Shown in pieces: positions 37,654 through 49,478 of a stretch of DNA of 64,000 nucleotides; within the stretch, counting starts at the first letter, position 1; each line of letters opens with the position of its first letter. A model generated the notes under the pieces. That model was not told the origin of the DNA. It worked only from the letters and a program-made list of their open reading frames with translations, and did not search any database. This stretch comes from Octopus bimaculoides (Eukaryota), in contig NC_068992.1 in the NCBI RefSeq assembly GCF_001194135.2, positions 7,520,092 through 7,584,091 of the forward strand, in the 5' to 3' direction. Made by a program: the position numbers and the translations under genes.

Positions 37654-37818
37654 NNNNNNNNNNNNNNNNNNNNNNNNNNNNNNNNNNNNNNNNNNNNNNN
37701 NNNNNNNNNNNNNNNNNNNNNNNNNNNNNNNNNNNNNNNNNNNNNNNNNNNNNNNNNNNNNNNNNNNNNNNNNNNNNNNNNNNNNNNNNNNNNNNNNNNN
37801 NNNNNNNNNNNNNNNNNN
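37654..37818. other. Assembly gap (N run); further gaps at 49657-50380, 50909-50918 and 51411-51670
   Basis: Runs of N. Confidence 0.99.
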
Positions 37819-38336
37819 GGATGGACTGTGGGGGAAAATACAATGAAAACAAAACTTGCCACACAACAGGTGGGTCTCCTGATAACAGAATAGCTTATGA
37901 TTGTGATACACAGTAGGGGACCGTATTCAAATGGTTCTCTGAATGAACAAAATTGAATAACAAGCAGTTTTTTTTTTGTTTTTTTGTTCTTGTTTAAATT
38001 AAGCTCACATAACAAACTGAAATCTGATCAGCAAGCTATGAGCAGATTGTGCACACACACACACACATTAATGACTGGATGAGTATATATATGAATGGTG
38101 TGCTGAATGAAAAGATTATATAGTGACCATTTTCTTTTTCTGAAGAAGATTACATTCAGCCAGTGAGCTAAAATCTGAAGAACAAAGTAGTGGCTGAGAG
38201 AATGTGTGTGTGTGTGTGTATATACAATTTGTTAAAATCTATGTATGCATTTTGTGTTTGCAAATTTTCATATTTTATAGAGAAAATATTTATAAAAACA
38301 CAGCCATGGAGTGACAGAAGCAGGGCAAAGGGAAAT

Positions 38337-38381
<45 letters not shown>

Positions 38382-38680
38382 GTATACTCTTGTACATATA
38401 TATTTATGTATTTGCTGTTATGAACAAAAGGAAAGCATCATTTCATGTCTTTATGCAGAGTTTGTCTGGCTTGGAAAGGATTATCCTATTATGTATTTCA
38501 ATTACTCATGTAACAAACAATTTGGTTAATGAAAAGGGCTCCAGAACAGATTGTCCATGTATAGAGATTCCACTATATACATACATACATATATATGTAT
38601 ATATATATATATGTATAGCTTGGCTTCTCTGCCCGCTCCCCCGCCTTCTCTTTCTTGTATATTTACTCTGATCCTTTCAG

Positions 38681-38743
38681 CAAATGATAAGCCGAAAGGA
38701 AAAGCTGAAACGTCGGATTCTATGCCCAGTAGTCAGGAACGAG
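38681..38743 (+). CDS. mTOR: mTOR exon w41 (regulatory domain): ANDKPKGKAETSDSMPSSQER
   Basis: Strong cctttcag acceptor and gtgagt donor; phase 1/1; positionally equivalent to human TNTKGNKRSRTRTDS but low identity. Confidence 0.82.
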
Positions 38744-39701
38744 GTGAGTGGGCTGTACAGACTGCAGGGGCGGGGTGGGTGGGATGCTGCAATGTGTATT
38801 CGCTTCCTTTTCTTTCTCTTTTTTGTTCTGCACTTTAGCTGCCACTGCAACGCATCTTTTAGCTGCAGGGCCTGTGCACTCTTTGCTCACACTAGTTTTG
38901 TTTCTAGTTGTTTTTTTTGTTTTTCAAAATATTCACTTTTGTCATCAATTGTTGTCATTGTTGTCTTGTGTTTTACCTTTTTTTTTAATGTTTCATTTAT
39001 TTATTATATTCAATTTATTTATTATATTCGATTTATTACAGTTATTTTAATTTCGCTTAATATATTTCAAAATTGCTAATTGCTATTAATTTCAAATAAA
39101 CATTAAATGTTCTTGTGTTTATGTAGTATGTTCTTATTACAGTTCTTATTGAATGCATTTTTTTTATTCAAAAAAGGGCGTTTAATGAGGAGAAAAAAAA
39201 CTCCTATTTTTCTTGCTTGCTGAAATATTGAGCTAGAAACATAGCAATAAGATTGTGTGTGTCTTTGAAAATGTGACAGAATAACATTGTTGCAGCATTG
39301 GATTAATACAAGTGAGGAATTAATCTCAATACTACTTTGTCTCAGTTATTTTATACAGTGCGAGTTATTAGTTGAAGCTGGGTTGAGCATATTTGGCCAT
39401 GGCAAAACTTTGCCTTGCATCCTTTCAAGTTCAATGAAGTTCCAGTCCAGTACAAGGGTTCATGTAATCAACTAAGCCTCTGTTAAAATTGTTAGCTTTG
39501 TGTCTAACTTAGAAATTATTATTATTATTATTGCAGAAAGCTGGCAGAACCATTATCACACAGTAAAATGCAGAGTAGCATTTCATCTGTTCAATGTTGA
39601 TGAAACAAATACCAGTCAAATACTGGGGTTCACTGACCTCCTTCCCTCAAAAACTGATGGCTCTATGACAAAAATAAGGATTACTAATATTATTTATTAT
39701 T

Positions 39702-39940
39702 AAAGCAGCAAGCTGGTAGAATCATAAGAAAAGCAGGCAAAATGCTTAATGGTATTTCACCCAACGCTATATACCAAGTTCAAATTTTGCTGAGGTTGAC
39801 TTTGCCTTCCATCGTTTCAGGGTCAGTAAAATATCAGCTGAACTCTCGGGTTGATGTAATCAACTTACCCTCCGCGCCTAAAATTGCTAGCCTTGTGTCA
39901 AAATTTGGGACCATTATTATTATTATTATTATTATTATTA
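39702..39940 (+). mobile_element. tRNA-headed SINE family B with (TTA)n tail; copies at about 2150-2330, 5843-5960, 10785-10935(-), 34728-34850, 39941-40173, 47919-48157, 48160-48350, 51305-51410, 58520-58640(-)
   Basis: Shared ggcagaatc...gttcaaat...gaggttgactttgcctttcatcc...gatgtaatc and TTA tail. Confidence 0.75.
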
Positions 39941-41654
39941 AAAGGTAGTGAAATGGCAGAATCATCAGAGCATTGGTAAAAAATGCTTTGCAGCACTTGT
40001 TCCAGCCTTTTCATTTTTATCTTTTTGATGTTGAATAAATAAAACTAGCAGTGGAAGTTTGAGGGTTGATGTAATTAACTGGACCCCTTCCACTAAAATT
40101 GCTTTGTGCCTAAATTTAAAAATGAGCCTGGAAAAGTAGACATTAAAACGATGATGATGATGATGATGATGATTAGTTAAGTATTTGTGTTGGGGAACGT
40201 GAGAAAAAGCAGACATGTTAGGACATCCTGAGTTGTCTTGCCTTTCAATCAACTTAGCAGTCAGTGAAGAGTTAATTTCTGAGCATTTGTTGGGGTAATT
40301 CACAGAGGTTTTTAAGCCGTGTTAATCGAAATGGCATGGTTACTTTGAGATATTACAGTAATTATCTAATTATGCATTTATTTGGTCATGGCTATTAATA
40401 ATAATTGTTTTACCTTGGACACAAGACCGTAAATTTGTGTAGTTGATTAAATCAACTTCCAAATACGTAATTGGTTATATTATTTTATCAGTCACAAAAG
40501 GGTGAAAGATCCAAACTACAAAAGTTGACCTCAGAATATAAAAAGGTTAGAACTCAAAGTGCAAAGAGCCCCGATAGACATCTCAAGACACTTTGTCTAA
40601 TAACCATGCAATTCTGCCGTTCTGTCTGTTGCCCAAAGAATTTTTAACATAGGTATCAGGTTTCAAGGGAGAGGATGTTGATTATATCGACCTCAGTTCT
40701 TGACCGGTACTTCATTTACTTCGGAAGGGTGAAAGGTAAAGTTCACCCCATAATGACTTACCTGTCATACATCATGACTTTTCCAGGCTCTTTTGCTCTG
40801 CACCTGTTGCCATTTGCTGTCAACACTTTTGCAACACAACCACTACGCACATTATGTCTCCTCAAAAATGTATAGACTTTGTTGTTGTGTATGTCGGGTT
40901 AATGCTTCTGATATTGCATTGCTTTTTTAACTCCTGTTTGCACTCTCTCTCTCTCTCTCTCTTCATATTCCATGTTGTACGTAAACATATTGTATTTAGT
41001 TTTGATCCTCTTTAACTGCAGCAAATTCTTTGATTTCATTGGCATCCACATTTCTGACAAGTTTCAGTGATTTCATTTATGTAGAGAAATAGGAACAGAT
41101 ATAGCTGTGTGATACCTTGGGCAAGTGTCTTCTATTATAGCCCTGGGCCAACCAAAGCCTTTTGAGTGAATTTAGTCGGCAGGGACTGAAAGGTACCTAT
41201 TGTGTGTGTTTGATTGTCATTTGCTACAAGCAGGTCTGTTGTTACTTCTATCAACTAATTATCTGCTCGCTTCACATTTCCAGACATGTTAAATAGGTAA
41301 CATGGAAAAAGACACAAAACATTCATAGAAATCTACAACAATTTTTTTTTTTTTTTCTTCAGAGCAGAAGCAGTAATTCCTTCTTCCCTTCACCTTGAAC
41401 CCTAAAACTCTGCTTTCAGTATCTCTAACTTTAACAGTAACCCTTCTATATTCTACTTCCACTGAGCCATTAACTGAATCCAGCCACTCATTATCTCACT
41501 TGACAATAATTTGGACTGTCAGTTTCAACTGTAAAATGACTTTCTCTATTTTCAAACATTCAAGTTGATGTAGTTTATAGTGTAAGCAGTCAACCATCTT
41601 CAAATCTTGCTGCATTTTACATGGAATTTTTGGTCCTCCAAACTGTCTTCAGCA

Positions 41655-41840
41655 GTTACAGCCCATGTTTCACTGCCATGAAGCATGGCAGTTTGCACAC
41701 ATGCATCATACAATCTACCTTTCACACTGAGTGAGAGGCCCTTTGTCACCAGTAGGAGTAGAAGCTTTCTGAACTTTGTCCAGGCTATTCTTATTCTAGT
41801 GGTAACACTCTCTGAGCATCCACCCCCACTACAGACATGA
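41655..41840 (-). mobile_element. RTE reverse-transcriptase C-terminal fragment; a related fragment at about 55470-55680(-) lies inside protease intron 5
   Basis: SGGGCSESVTTRIRIAWTKFRKLLLLLVTKGLSLSVKGRLYDACVQTAMLHGSETWAV; second copy CYLGDQ...WRKFREL...AILHGSETW. Confidence 0.75.
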
Positions 41841-42661
41841 GGTAAATATTGCCTTACTTGGAACCATGTGGTTATAGAAAATCTGCCTCAACAAAATTCC
41901 ATCGAACTACCTGCAAGCATGGAAAAAAAACATTATGACAATAATAATGTCACTTGGACTAATCCCTGCTACCTTTTTTTTCTCTTCTTGCTTTTCAAAG
42001 TGATAGAGTATGATTTGGTGACAATTTCGCTGTTATTTCCAGCAAGTTGAACAACTACATATGACTCTCATAAAGTGGACTTTTTTTGTTACAGTCTGAG
42101 AGATGGGGGGAAGGGGAAGAGGAGCTTCTATATTTCAGAGTTATTGTGGTCAAATTCTTAATACTTTACTTTTAGTTTACAGAACTAAAACCATGATCTT
42201 GAAGAGGGACTAACTGAAGTTGTCATGACTATTGTCTATTTATCTGCTCCACATTATTCCTTGGTCAAATATTTTATGTCTGTCCAACCTGCAACAAAAA
42301 GCACAAACAGACTGGTGCAGCAACTGTTGTGCAATGCTCTGCTGCAAATGGTTACCTCATGAATGCAGCATAATGATCAATAAGTCTTCACAATTCACTG
42401 CAGATATGACTGACATTCATACAACCAAAGTGTATATTTACTAAAAAGAGTCTAAACCTTTCTTTTAGAATGTCAGCAGCGATAGGATTTGAGGGAAAGG
42501 ATTGGTTTAAAGAATTAAAACCTATTTAGTAATTCTGCTTGGTTCCGCATGCAACAAAAATCCTTTTTTTTTTTTTCTTTTTACCTTGTCATTTGTATGT
42601 TTTTTCTCTTTAAACATGTTTATCGTGTGTGACTATTTTATTCTTGATGATTCTGTTCCAG

Positions 42662-42784
42662 GTGAACACCTCATGGAAGCTGGTGATATGCAAACTACAC
42701 ACAAGAAAACTACTGGCCAGAATACCACTGTTGCTGCTGCTACTGCTGCTGCTGCTGCTCCAGAAATGATACATTCTCTTTCTG
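42662..42784 (+). CDS. mTOR: mTOR exon w42 (regulatory domain): GEHLMEAGDMQTTHKKTTGQNTTVAAATAAAAAPEMIHSLS
   Basis: AG/GT, phase 1/1; HKKT and PE.IHS anchors match human. Confidence 0.88.
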
Positions 42785-43241
42785 GTAAATATTAGGGATA
42801 TTCGCCTGTTTTATCAAACTCTGTCTACTTTGGGATAGAATGTAGTGAATTGTTTATTGAAAATTCGATTTCCAGATGGCTGGCAATTAGCCCTGTAACT
42901 TTCAGACTATCAAATGTAATGCTTATTGAAAATAATGTGAATACAATGTTTTCAATTAATCAAGCATTATCTCTTATAGCATCAAGATCTTGATGAGGTT
43001 GTTGCTTAATTTTTGAATGACATTGTAGGGTAGGTGTAAAAGGCTGGATCCAGCCAATTTGAATACAAAACATGTAGAATATTTGGGCCAGATATGGCTG
43101 GTTTCAGTGTTAAAGTGGGAGCTACCAGAAGGATGAAAATCAAAATTTGATTTCAGCAGGATTCAAACTCAACATAATTCAATTGGGACACAGATCATCA
43201 GACAGGCTCATTTAACTTTTGGTGAAACAAATATCAATTAA

Positions 43242-43440
43242 CCCTTTAGCATACAGATCAGGCCCAAATATTCTACTTGTTATTTGTTCAAGGTGGCTAC
43301 ATTCATCTTCTTACACATACCCTACAATGTCATTTAATCACATCATTGAAATCTCAAGTTTATGAGAATGTATGATTAATTCAAAGCAATGTGAATGAAT
43401 AAAGATTATGTTTGACAGATTAATCTGAATGTTTAAAGGG
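43242..43440. mobile_element. piggyBac-type MITE (second family); opposite-orientation copies at about 42887-43116 and 21865-22090
   Basis: TTAA|CCCTTTAGCAT ... ATGTTTAAAGGG|TTAA; shared core gaatgacattgtagggta.gtgt and gtagaatatttgggcc. Confidence 0.8.
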
Positions 43441-43685
43441 TTAAAGGATATGAATAATTGCAACAAAGCTATGTGTCTGTTGTCTCTCAAAATGTGTCTT
43501 GGATGTAACTAATATTGGTACCAAAAAGCCACTTAAAATAATCAGTAGGTATATTGCGAAATATTGGGTAAATTCCTGTGTAATTTATTTAGCTTAAATA
43601 TTGATGGTATTGATTTACAAAAACCAATTGACACATAAAAGAGGTTTGTTAATTGTGTTCATGTTTTCTACTTGATATATCACAG

Positions 43686-43757
43686 ACACAGTTCAACCAG
43701 AGGCTTTGAACAAGAAGGCCATATCTATAATCAACCACGTCAAAGAGAAACTGACAG
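43686..43757 (+). CDS. mTOR: mTOR exon w43: DTVQPEALNKKAISIINHVKEKLT
   Basis: AG/GT, phase 1/1; PEALNKKAI motif. Confidence 0.95.
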
Positions 43758-43978
43758 GTAATTTCTCATTACTATCTTTGTACTCCCCCCTCCCCCCCTC
43801 TCTCTCTGGCTCACTGAATTGAAACTCGTCTTCTGTTCCTAATATTTTGTTGATATAATCTAAGACTTATGGTTTCCACAGATGGGGGTCATAAATCTTC
43901 TTAAAACAGGCATGGGCAACCTTTTTCGGTAAACAGGCCATATGTGACCTGGTTCATCATCAGGCAGGTCACACCTCT

Positions 43979-44700
43979 TACAAGGTGGTTTCAGAAAGTT
44001 CCTGGACTTGTTATGTTAATGAAAAATAACTTATTTACGTAAGTTTTAACTTCATCTCTTTTGAAATAGTCACTTTGCTTAGCAATACACTGGTCCCGGT
44101 GTTCCTGCCACTTTTGGAATCCAGTCTGGAAGCCATTTTCCATAAATCAATCAAGAGCTTTCTGCTCTTTGCTCTGGAGTTTGACAACAGTGTTAAAATG
44201 ACAACCTTTTCATTGTGGGGAAATGGAAGTCCACAGGTGCGACATCTGGTAAATAGGGCAGGTGTGCATGCAATGCCATGTTGTTTTTGGAAAAGAAACT
44301 CATGAGTGAGGAAAGCTTGGTGAAGTAACCAATTCTTTGCACTCTGCAGATCTGGTCACTTTTGCTGAATGTTCTCCCTCGAACACTTCAAAATGTCACA
44401 GAACTCTCAATTGATGGTCTGGCCCTGGGGGATGAATTCTGGATGCACAATATCACATTTCCAGGGGTGATGCTCATTGTCTTCCAGGGACGTTCTTCTG
44501 CTTTTGAAGCACTTGTGCCACTCAGAACATTGCATGTGACCCTTAATCTCATCACTGTGGCATGGCAACCCAAACTAGCTCTCACTGCTGGAATTTCAAA
44601 CAACTCAGTTCGGTGCCATCCCTCCAACCTCTGCAACCTTGGTTCTTGACAGAATGACATGATTGGCTACAATTGTTTGGACGTTGACAATTTGGCAAAA
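43979..44700 (-). mobile_element. Mariner relic: right TIR + C-terminal transposase, next to a hAT-like end (caggcatgggcaacc at 43907)
   Basis: HLPYLPDVAPVDF (YSPDLAP-D motif, about 44226-44266) and GFQKWQEHRDQCIAKQSDYFKRD. Confidence 0.8.
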
Positions 44701-45137
44701 CTGACTGGACATTTGGTAACTAGGGATTTTTTTTGTTTTCTTTTTTGGCCCTGGAGGCAAATGCATGTGTGTGTGCAGAAATGTACACATACAGAAAGAA
44801 GGAGAGAGAGAAAGACACTACAATTTCTTAATTAAACACAATTGACAAACACTTTCCCTCTCCTCACACACATACACACAGTGATCGAGGATGAAAAGAG
44901 AGAATGTATGAGACAAACATTGAAAAACAACACCAAAACATCAGTTGAAAAACATCCACCCAGTTTCCAAATGGGATACAGATCAGGATGAAATGTGAAA
45001 TTGAACTCTGATCATAAGGATCCACAAATAAATGCTGCAAGGCATTTTGTCCAATACAAGCAATTCTTACATTAAAAAAAAAAAAAAAGAAACAAAGATA
45101 TTGGTGTGAATTATTTTTTTTGCTTCCGTTTCTTCAG

Positions 45138-45243
45138 GTCGTGACTTTTCAAAGGAGGAAGCTGTGGAAGTCTCCCGGCAAGTTGACCTTCTCATATGTC
45201 AAGCAACATCCCACGAGAATCTATGCCAGTGCTATATAGGATG
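45138..45243 (+). CDS. mTOR: mTOR exon w44 (FATC): [35 protein letters not shown](W)
   Basis: AG/GT; [14 protein letters not shown] motif. Confidence 0.97.
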
Positions 45244-45932
45244 GTCTGTGTCTCTTTAGCTTTATTTATTCCTTATTGTTACTGCTTCTGTTGTTTAGAT
45301 CCAGGTTAAATCTGGTCGACCAGATCCATGGTGTTCCAACTATGTCCATCCTGCCTTTTTTGTTTTCAGACCTAATATATTTAGGACAGCATTATCTAAT
45401 GTCTTTCCTTTTGTAAAGGAGTAGTTTATGATTTGAGGAAGATTCAGTTGTTTTTTCATGCATGTCATACAACCATTTGTAGGATCTTTTGTTTACCTCG
45501 TTTTTCCTTTGTATAGAAGAAATGATGATGATTGTGAAATGATGACATTATAATGATAAATAATAATACATGCCTGGTTGAAGGTATCAGAAGATGCTTA
45601 ACCCAATTGTAGAATTGTAGATGTTTTGTAGAATAACAAATTAACCTCAAAATGATCCCTCAAACTACTAAAAATAGCAGCTGAATCTCCCTCAAACCAT
45701 ACTGTGCTGTTTTAACACAAAAAAAAATGGAAGGATACTGTGAACAACAGTGTTGAATGCCCAAAACAACAGAATGGTCATGGCTATTTTTGATCATAGG
45801 TGTCCTCGATCAGGATGGCCTGGAGTTATACAACAACAGCTGCAAATAAAATGTGCCATTTTAATAAACTTTATAAATGATTTACATTGTGTTTTCAATC
45901 CTATGGATATACATTTCTATTTCTCGTTGCAG

Positions 45933-45948
45933 GTGTCCATTCTGGTAG
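45933..45948 (+). CDS. mTOR: mTOR terminal coding exon: (W)CPFW*
   Basis: ttgcag acceptor; g tgt cca ttc tgg tag. Confidence 0.96.
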
Positions 45949-45971
45949 TGATTCATGGTGCTTAAAAATGG

Positions 45972-45977
45972 AATAAA
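45972..45977 (+). terminator. Candidate mTOR poly(A) signal AATAAA (others at 46086 and 46445)
   Basis: AATAAA 24 nt after the stop; the site actually used cannot be determined. Confidence 0.4.
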
Positions 45978-48564
45978 TGTTTGAGAACGTAAAGAACTTC
46001 TTATCCAAACAAATAGAGAGACTGTCTGTACCAGTACTGGTTGTCAGCCGTCAGGCTAACAAAACCATAAGTGGATATAACCAAAAATAAAAATCACTCC
46101 CAGAGAACTATTGGCTGATAGAATTGGCTGGGTCTTCATTTTTATCAATGAGTTTTAGTAATACAGAGATCTGTTCATCTGTATTAATTTGGTGAATGTG
46201 GATTTTATTTTCGCATATCTTTATTATGCATAAAGCCACATGTTGTATGATTGTGCAATGTTGATACTTTTTACTGAATGCAATCTATGCCTGCAACATG
46301 TGTGCCACATGTTGCAGTGTGCAAGTCACATATTAGAGACAGGGGTGGGGTGATCATACTCTAAAGCTAGGCCTTCTCATAAACATTCTTCAAGAGGTTT
46401 ATGTGTTACATTCATTGAAATCCATTACTTACCTTACACCAAGGAATAAAACAAAAAAAAACAAGACATAAGCTTGAGACTCCGCTACAATTATTTATAT
46501 AATGAAACAATTCTTCTTTGTTTTGAAGTCCAGTTTACTAACCTGATGTATTATCTTGTGGAGACCACTCATTTATCTCCTCCAATTGTCTGTGTATGCA
46601 TGTGTGTGTGTGTAAATCTTAAAATTTTTTTTTTCTTTTCTTTACAATTGTAAATTATTTTAATAGCATCTCCTGATAATTAAATTGAGCTTTATTTAAA
46701 ATTGGTCTCTTGACATGAATTGTTTGTGATATGTATCGCTAGCAGCCAACTTAACAAAGCCCAAAGGAATACATGTTCAATTTCCTAAACCTTAAAAACA
46801 CATTAAAATGCTGCATTCCTTATACATTAAAGGAATTCATTACTCCCCCCCCCCCCCCCCCCTCCGTATACTTTTTCTGTATAAAACTGATTGGATTAGT
46901 TTTGTGTTAATATTTTAGAGGCATAGGTGGGGAGAAACGAGGGAGAGGGGGTGCAAAATTGCTTTAGGATTTTCACTGACAATTCAACAAGGGATGAGAT
47001 AAGGGGTTAGACATAAGGTTTATTTACTTTGCTGAAAGATTTTTTTTTTTTCTTCTTCTTAAACTTGATAAGCAAATAAGCTTTTTTTTTTTTTTATCCG
47101 AATTTGTCTGTGTAGGAGAGAAATTGTTTAGTTAAACTATAAGTACCAACATGATATTCTCCTATTTCACATAAATCAAGTTTTCTCTTTCATCAGCAAG
47201 TGAGAAGAAAATGAAAAGATGATTTGGTACATCAAAATATTAAAACTATCATTCCATTACCAAGTTGGTTTTTTTTTTTCTTTCTTTTTTTTCCATTACA
47301 TTTTAATTTTCTGTAAAATGATTTTACAATAATTATTTTGGTTCTTTAATCAGATTTCTTACAATCAAAATTAAAATTCTTGGAAACAAAATCAATTATG
47401 ATATTATTAAGAAAGTTATTTGAGACAATGGTTTAACTATTGTCAGAAGGTTTCATAATTAAAACGGAAAAAATTAAAAAATTTGGTGGTGACCACTAAA
47501 TTATAGTCTTGTAAATATTTTTAGAATATTCTGCTTTAATTTGCTGCAGATACAGTAAGGTAATTCAATGTGTGTGTGTGATTCTTAAATACAATTATTA
47601 TATGCATATAATGTCTACTTGTCTGCTGACTCATTATTTCGGGATTTCAAGTGATGAAAGAACACTTCTGTGTTTTCTCAAGCTTCTATGAACTATATTC
47701 ACAGACTGATGATACTTCAACTGTTAAATTCTGTGGTGTTTATCTAATGTATCTTTTATTTGATAACACCTGATTGATTTCAGAGTCTTCAACCTGTTTA
47801 ATATCATCTTTTGGTTTAATTATTTCTGCTGATTGTCCCACCACCACCACCACCACTAACCCCATCTGATTGTACAAACAGTTCATTTTAGTGAATGATA
47901 TATTGAATGTGTTTAATTAAGGTGGCAAGCTGCTGGGCTTATTTCCACACCAGACAAAATGCTTGGCAGCATCTGTTCCCGCTTTACATTCTCAGTTCAA
48001 ACTCCACTGAGGTTGACTTTGCCTTTCATCCTTTCGGATGAAGTGAACTAAGTATCAGTTGAGTTCTAGAGTTGATGTAATTCACTGGCTCCCTCCCACC
48101 AAAATTTCAGGTTTTGTGCCTATAGTAGGAAAGATTATTATTATTATTATTATTATCATTGAGTCAGTCAGATGACAGAATTGTTAGCAACATTCCTTTC
48201 AGCTCTTTACATTCTGAGCTCAAATCCTACCAATGTTAACTTAGCCTTTCATCCTTCAAGTGTCAGTCAAGTGCTTGGGATTTCATGTAATTGGCTGATC
48301 ACTTCACCTCAGAATTGCAGGCTTTTTTGCCAAAATTATGATTATTTTACAAAACTTACCATGACTGGAAGTTGTCTCTTCTTTCTAGGTTTTTGATTTC
48401 CTGTTTTTCACTTTTCCATATAGACAAAAAAGAAGCAAATGACAAATTTATTGGGATTCCCCCCCCCCACGCCCCCAAGCTATCAATCACTGTTCACTAT
48501 TTTATTTTATACGTATTGTTGTACAGCTTGTTTAAGTGGGTATATATAGTAATCATTTATACAG

Positions 48565-48771
48565 TTAATCTCTTTTGTTACCAAATTTCTGTTTCAATTA
48601 ATTTTAAATATAATGAAATATTTAGTAAAATAATTTTATTATTAATCTGGGACCCGGAGCATAAATTAACATGAAGTTTTGATGGAATGTTTTAATTTAA
48701 ATCGCTTTAAAACAGGAGGATTATATCATAACCGGGGTTGATCTGAGGCAGGTTGGTATCAAAAGGGTTAA
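48565..48771. mobile_element. piggyBac-type MITE (third family); partial copies near 14641 and 25375, miniature copy at 51949-51995
   Basis: TTAA tctcttttgttacc ... ggtatcaaaaggg TTAA. Confidence 0.65.
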
Positions 48772-49432
48772 GCTATGACATCATCATCTTTGTATAAAAA
48801 ACAAAAAAATCAACACCGTCTGTCTGTATGAATTACTTCTCTTCCATAGCTCAACTACAATCTCCCCAAATCATCCTGATATTTATTTAGATGAGGTAAT
48901 AATAATGATAATGGTAATGATGATCTAGTTTAGCAATACGTAAGGAAGAGTTCTTTTTGTTTTTTAATCATATTTTACAAAAAAAAAAAAAAGGGCTTTT
49001 CTTTATTAACCCTTTTACTGCAGAAATCAGTTTTATATACAAATCTTTTTCTTGTTGAGGAATGTTTTTATGTTTGAAAATATTTTCTCTTGAGCTATGT
49101 TGAGTTTCATCAAGTAACAATGACTTGCAGAAAATGCAGTTTTATTTTTTTGGTAAATATTTAAATAAAATTCTTTTGTTATTCCAGTAATGGCATTAAA
49201 CTCAGAGTGAAAGCATTAACAACTTTGCATTTGAGAGCTCCTTTGAATTTACTGATTTACACTAATCCTACTTGATTTAAATTTAGGGACTTTATTAATC
49301 TTATTTATGGCCTAATACTGATTCTCTGTATGTAGATGCTTCATTTTTACATGAGACTTTTAGTTTTTGATGTGCTTCGTTCCTTTTTTCACATCCCCTT
49401 CCAAATACTTTATACATGTAAGTATATGTATC

Positions 49433-49478
<46 letters not shown>

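Noticed and set aside
37654-37818. A missing mTOR exon hidden in the intronic gap
   Set aside because: Exons w40 and w41 join in phase and the protein length across this region matches the human sequence without it
38839-38900. Possible extra mTOR exon after a strong polypyrimidine/AG (reads AATATHLLAAGPVHSL, faintly like exon w42)
   Set aside because: No phase-1 GT donor found to rejoin the frame; similarity is short and low-complexity. RNA-seq could revive it
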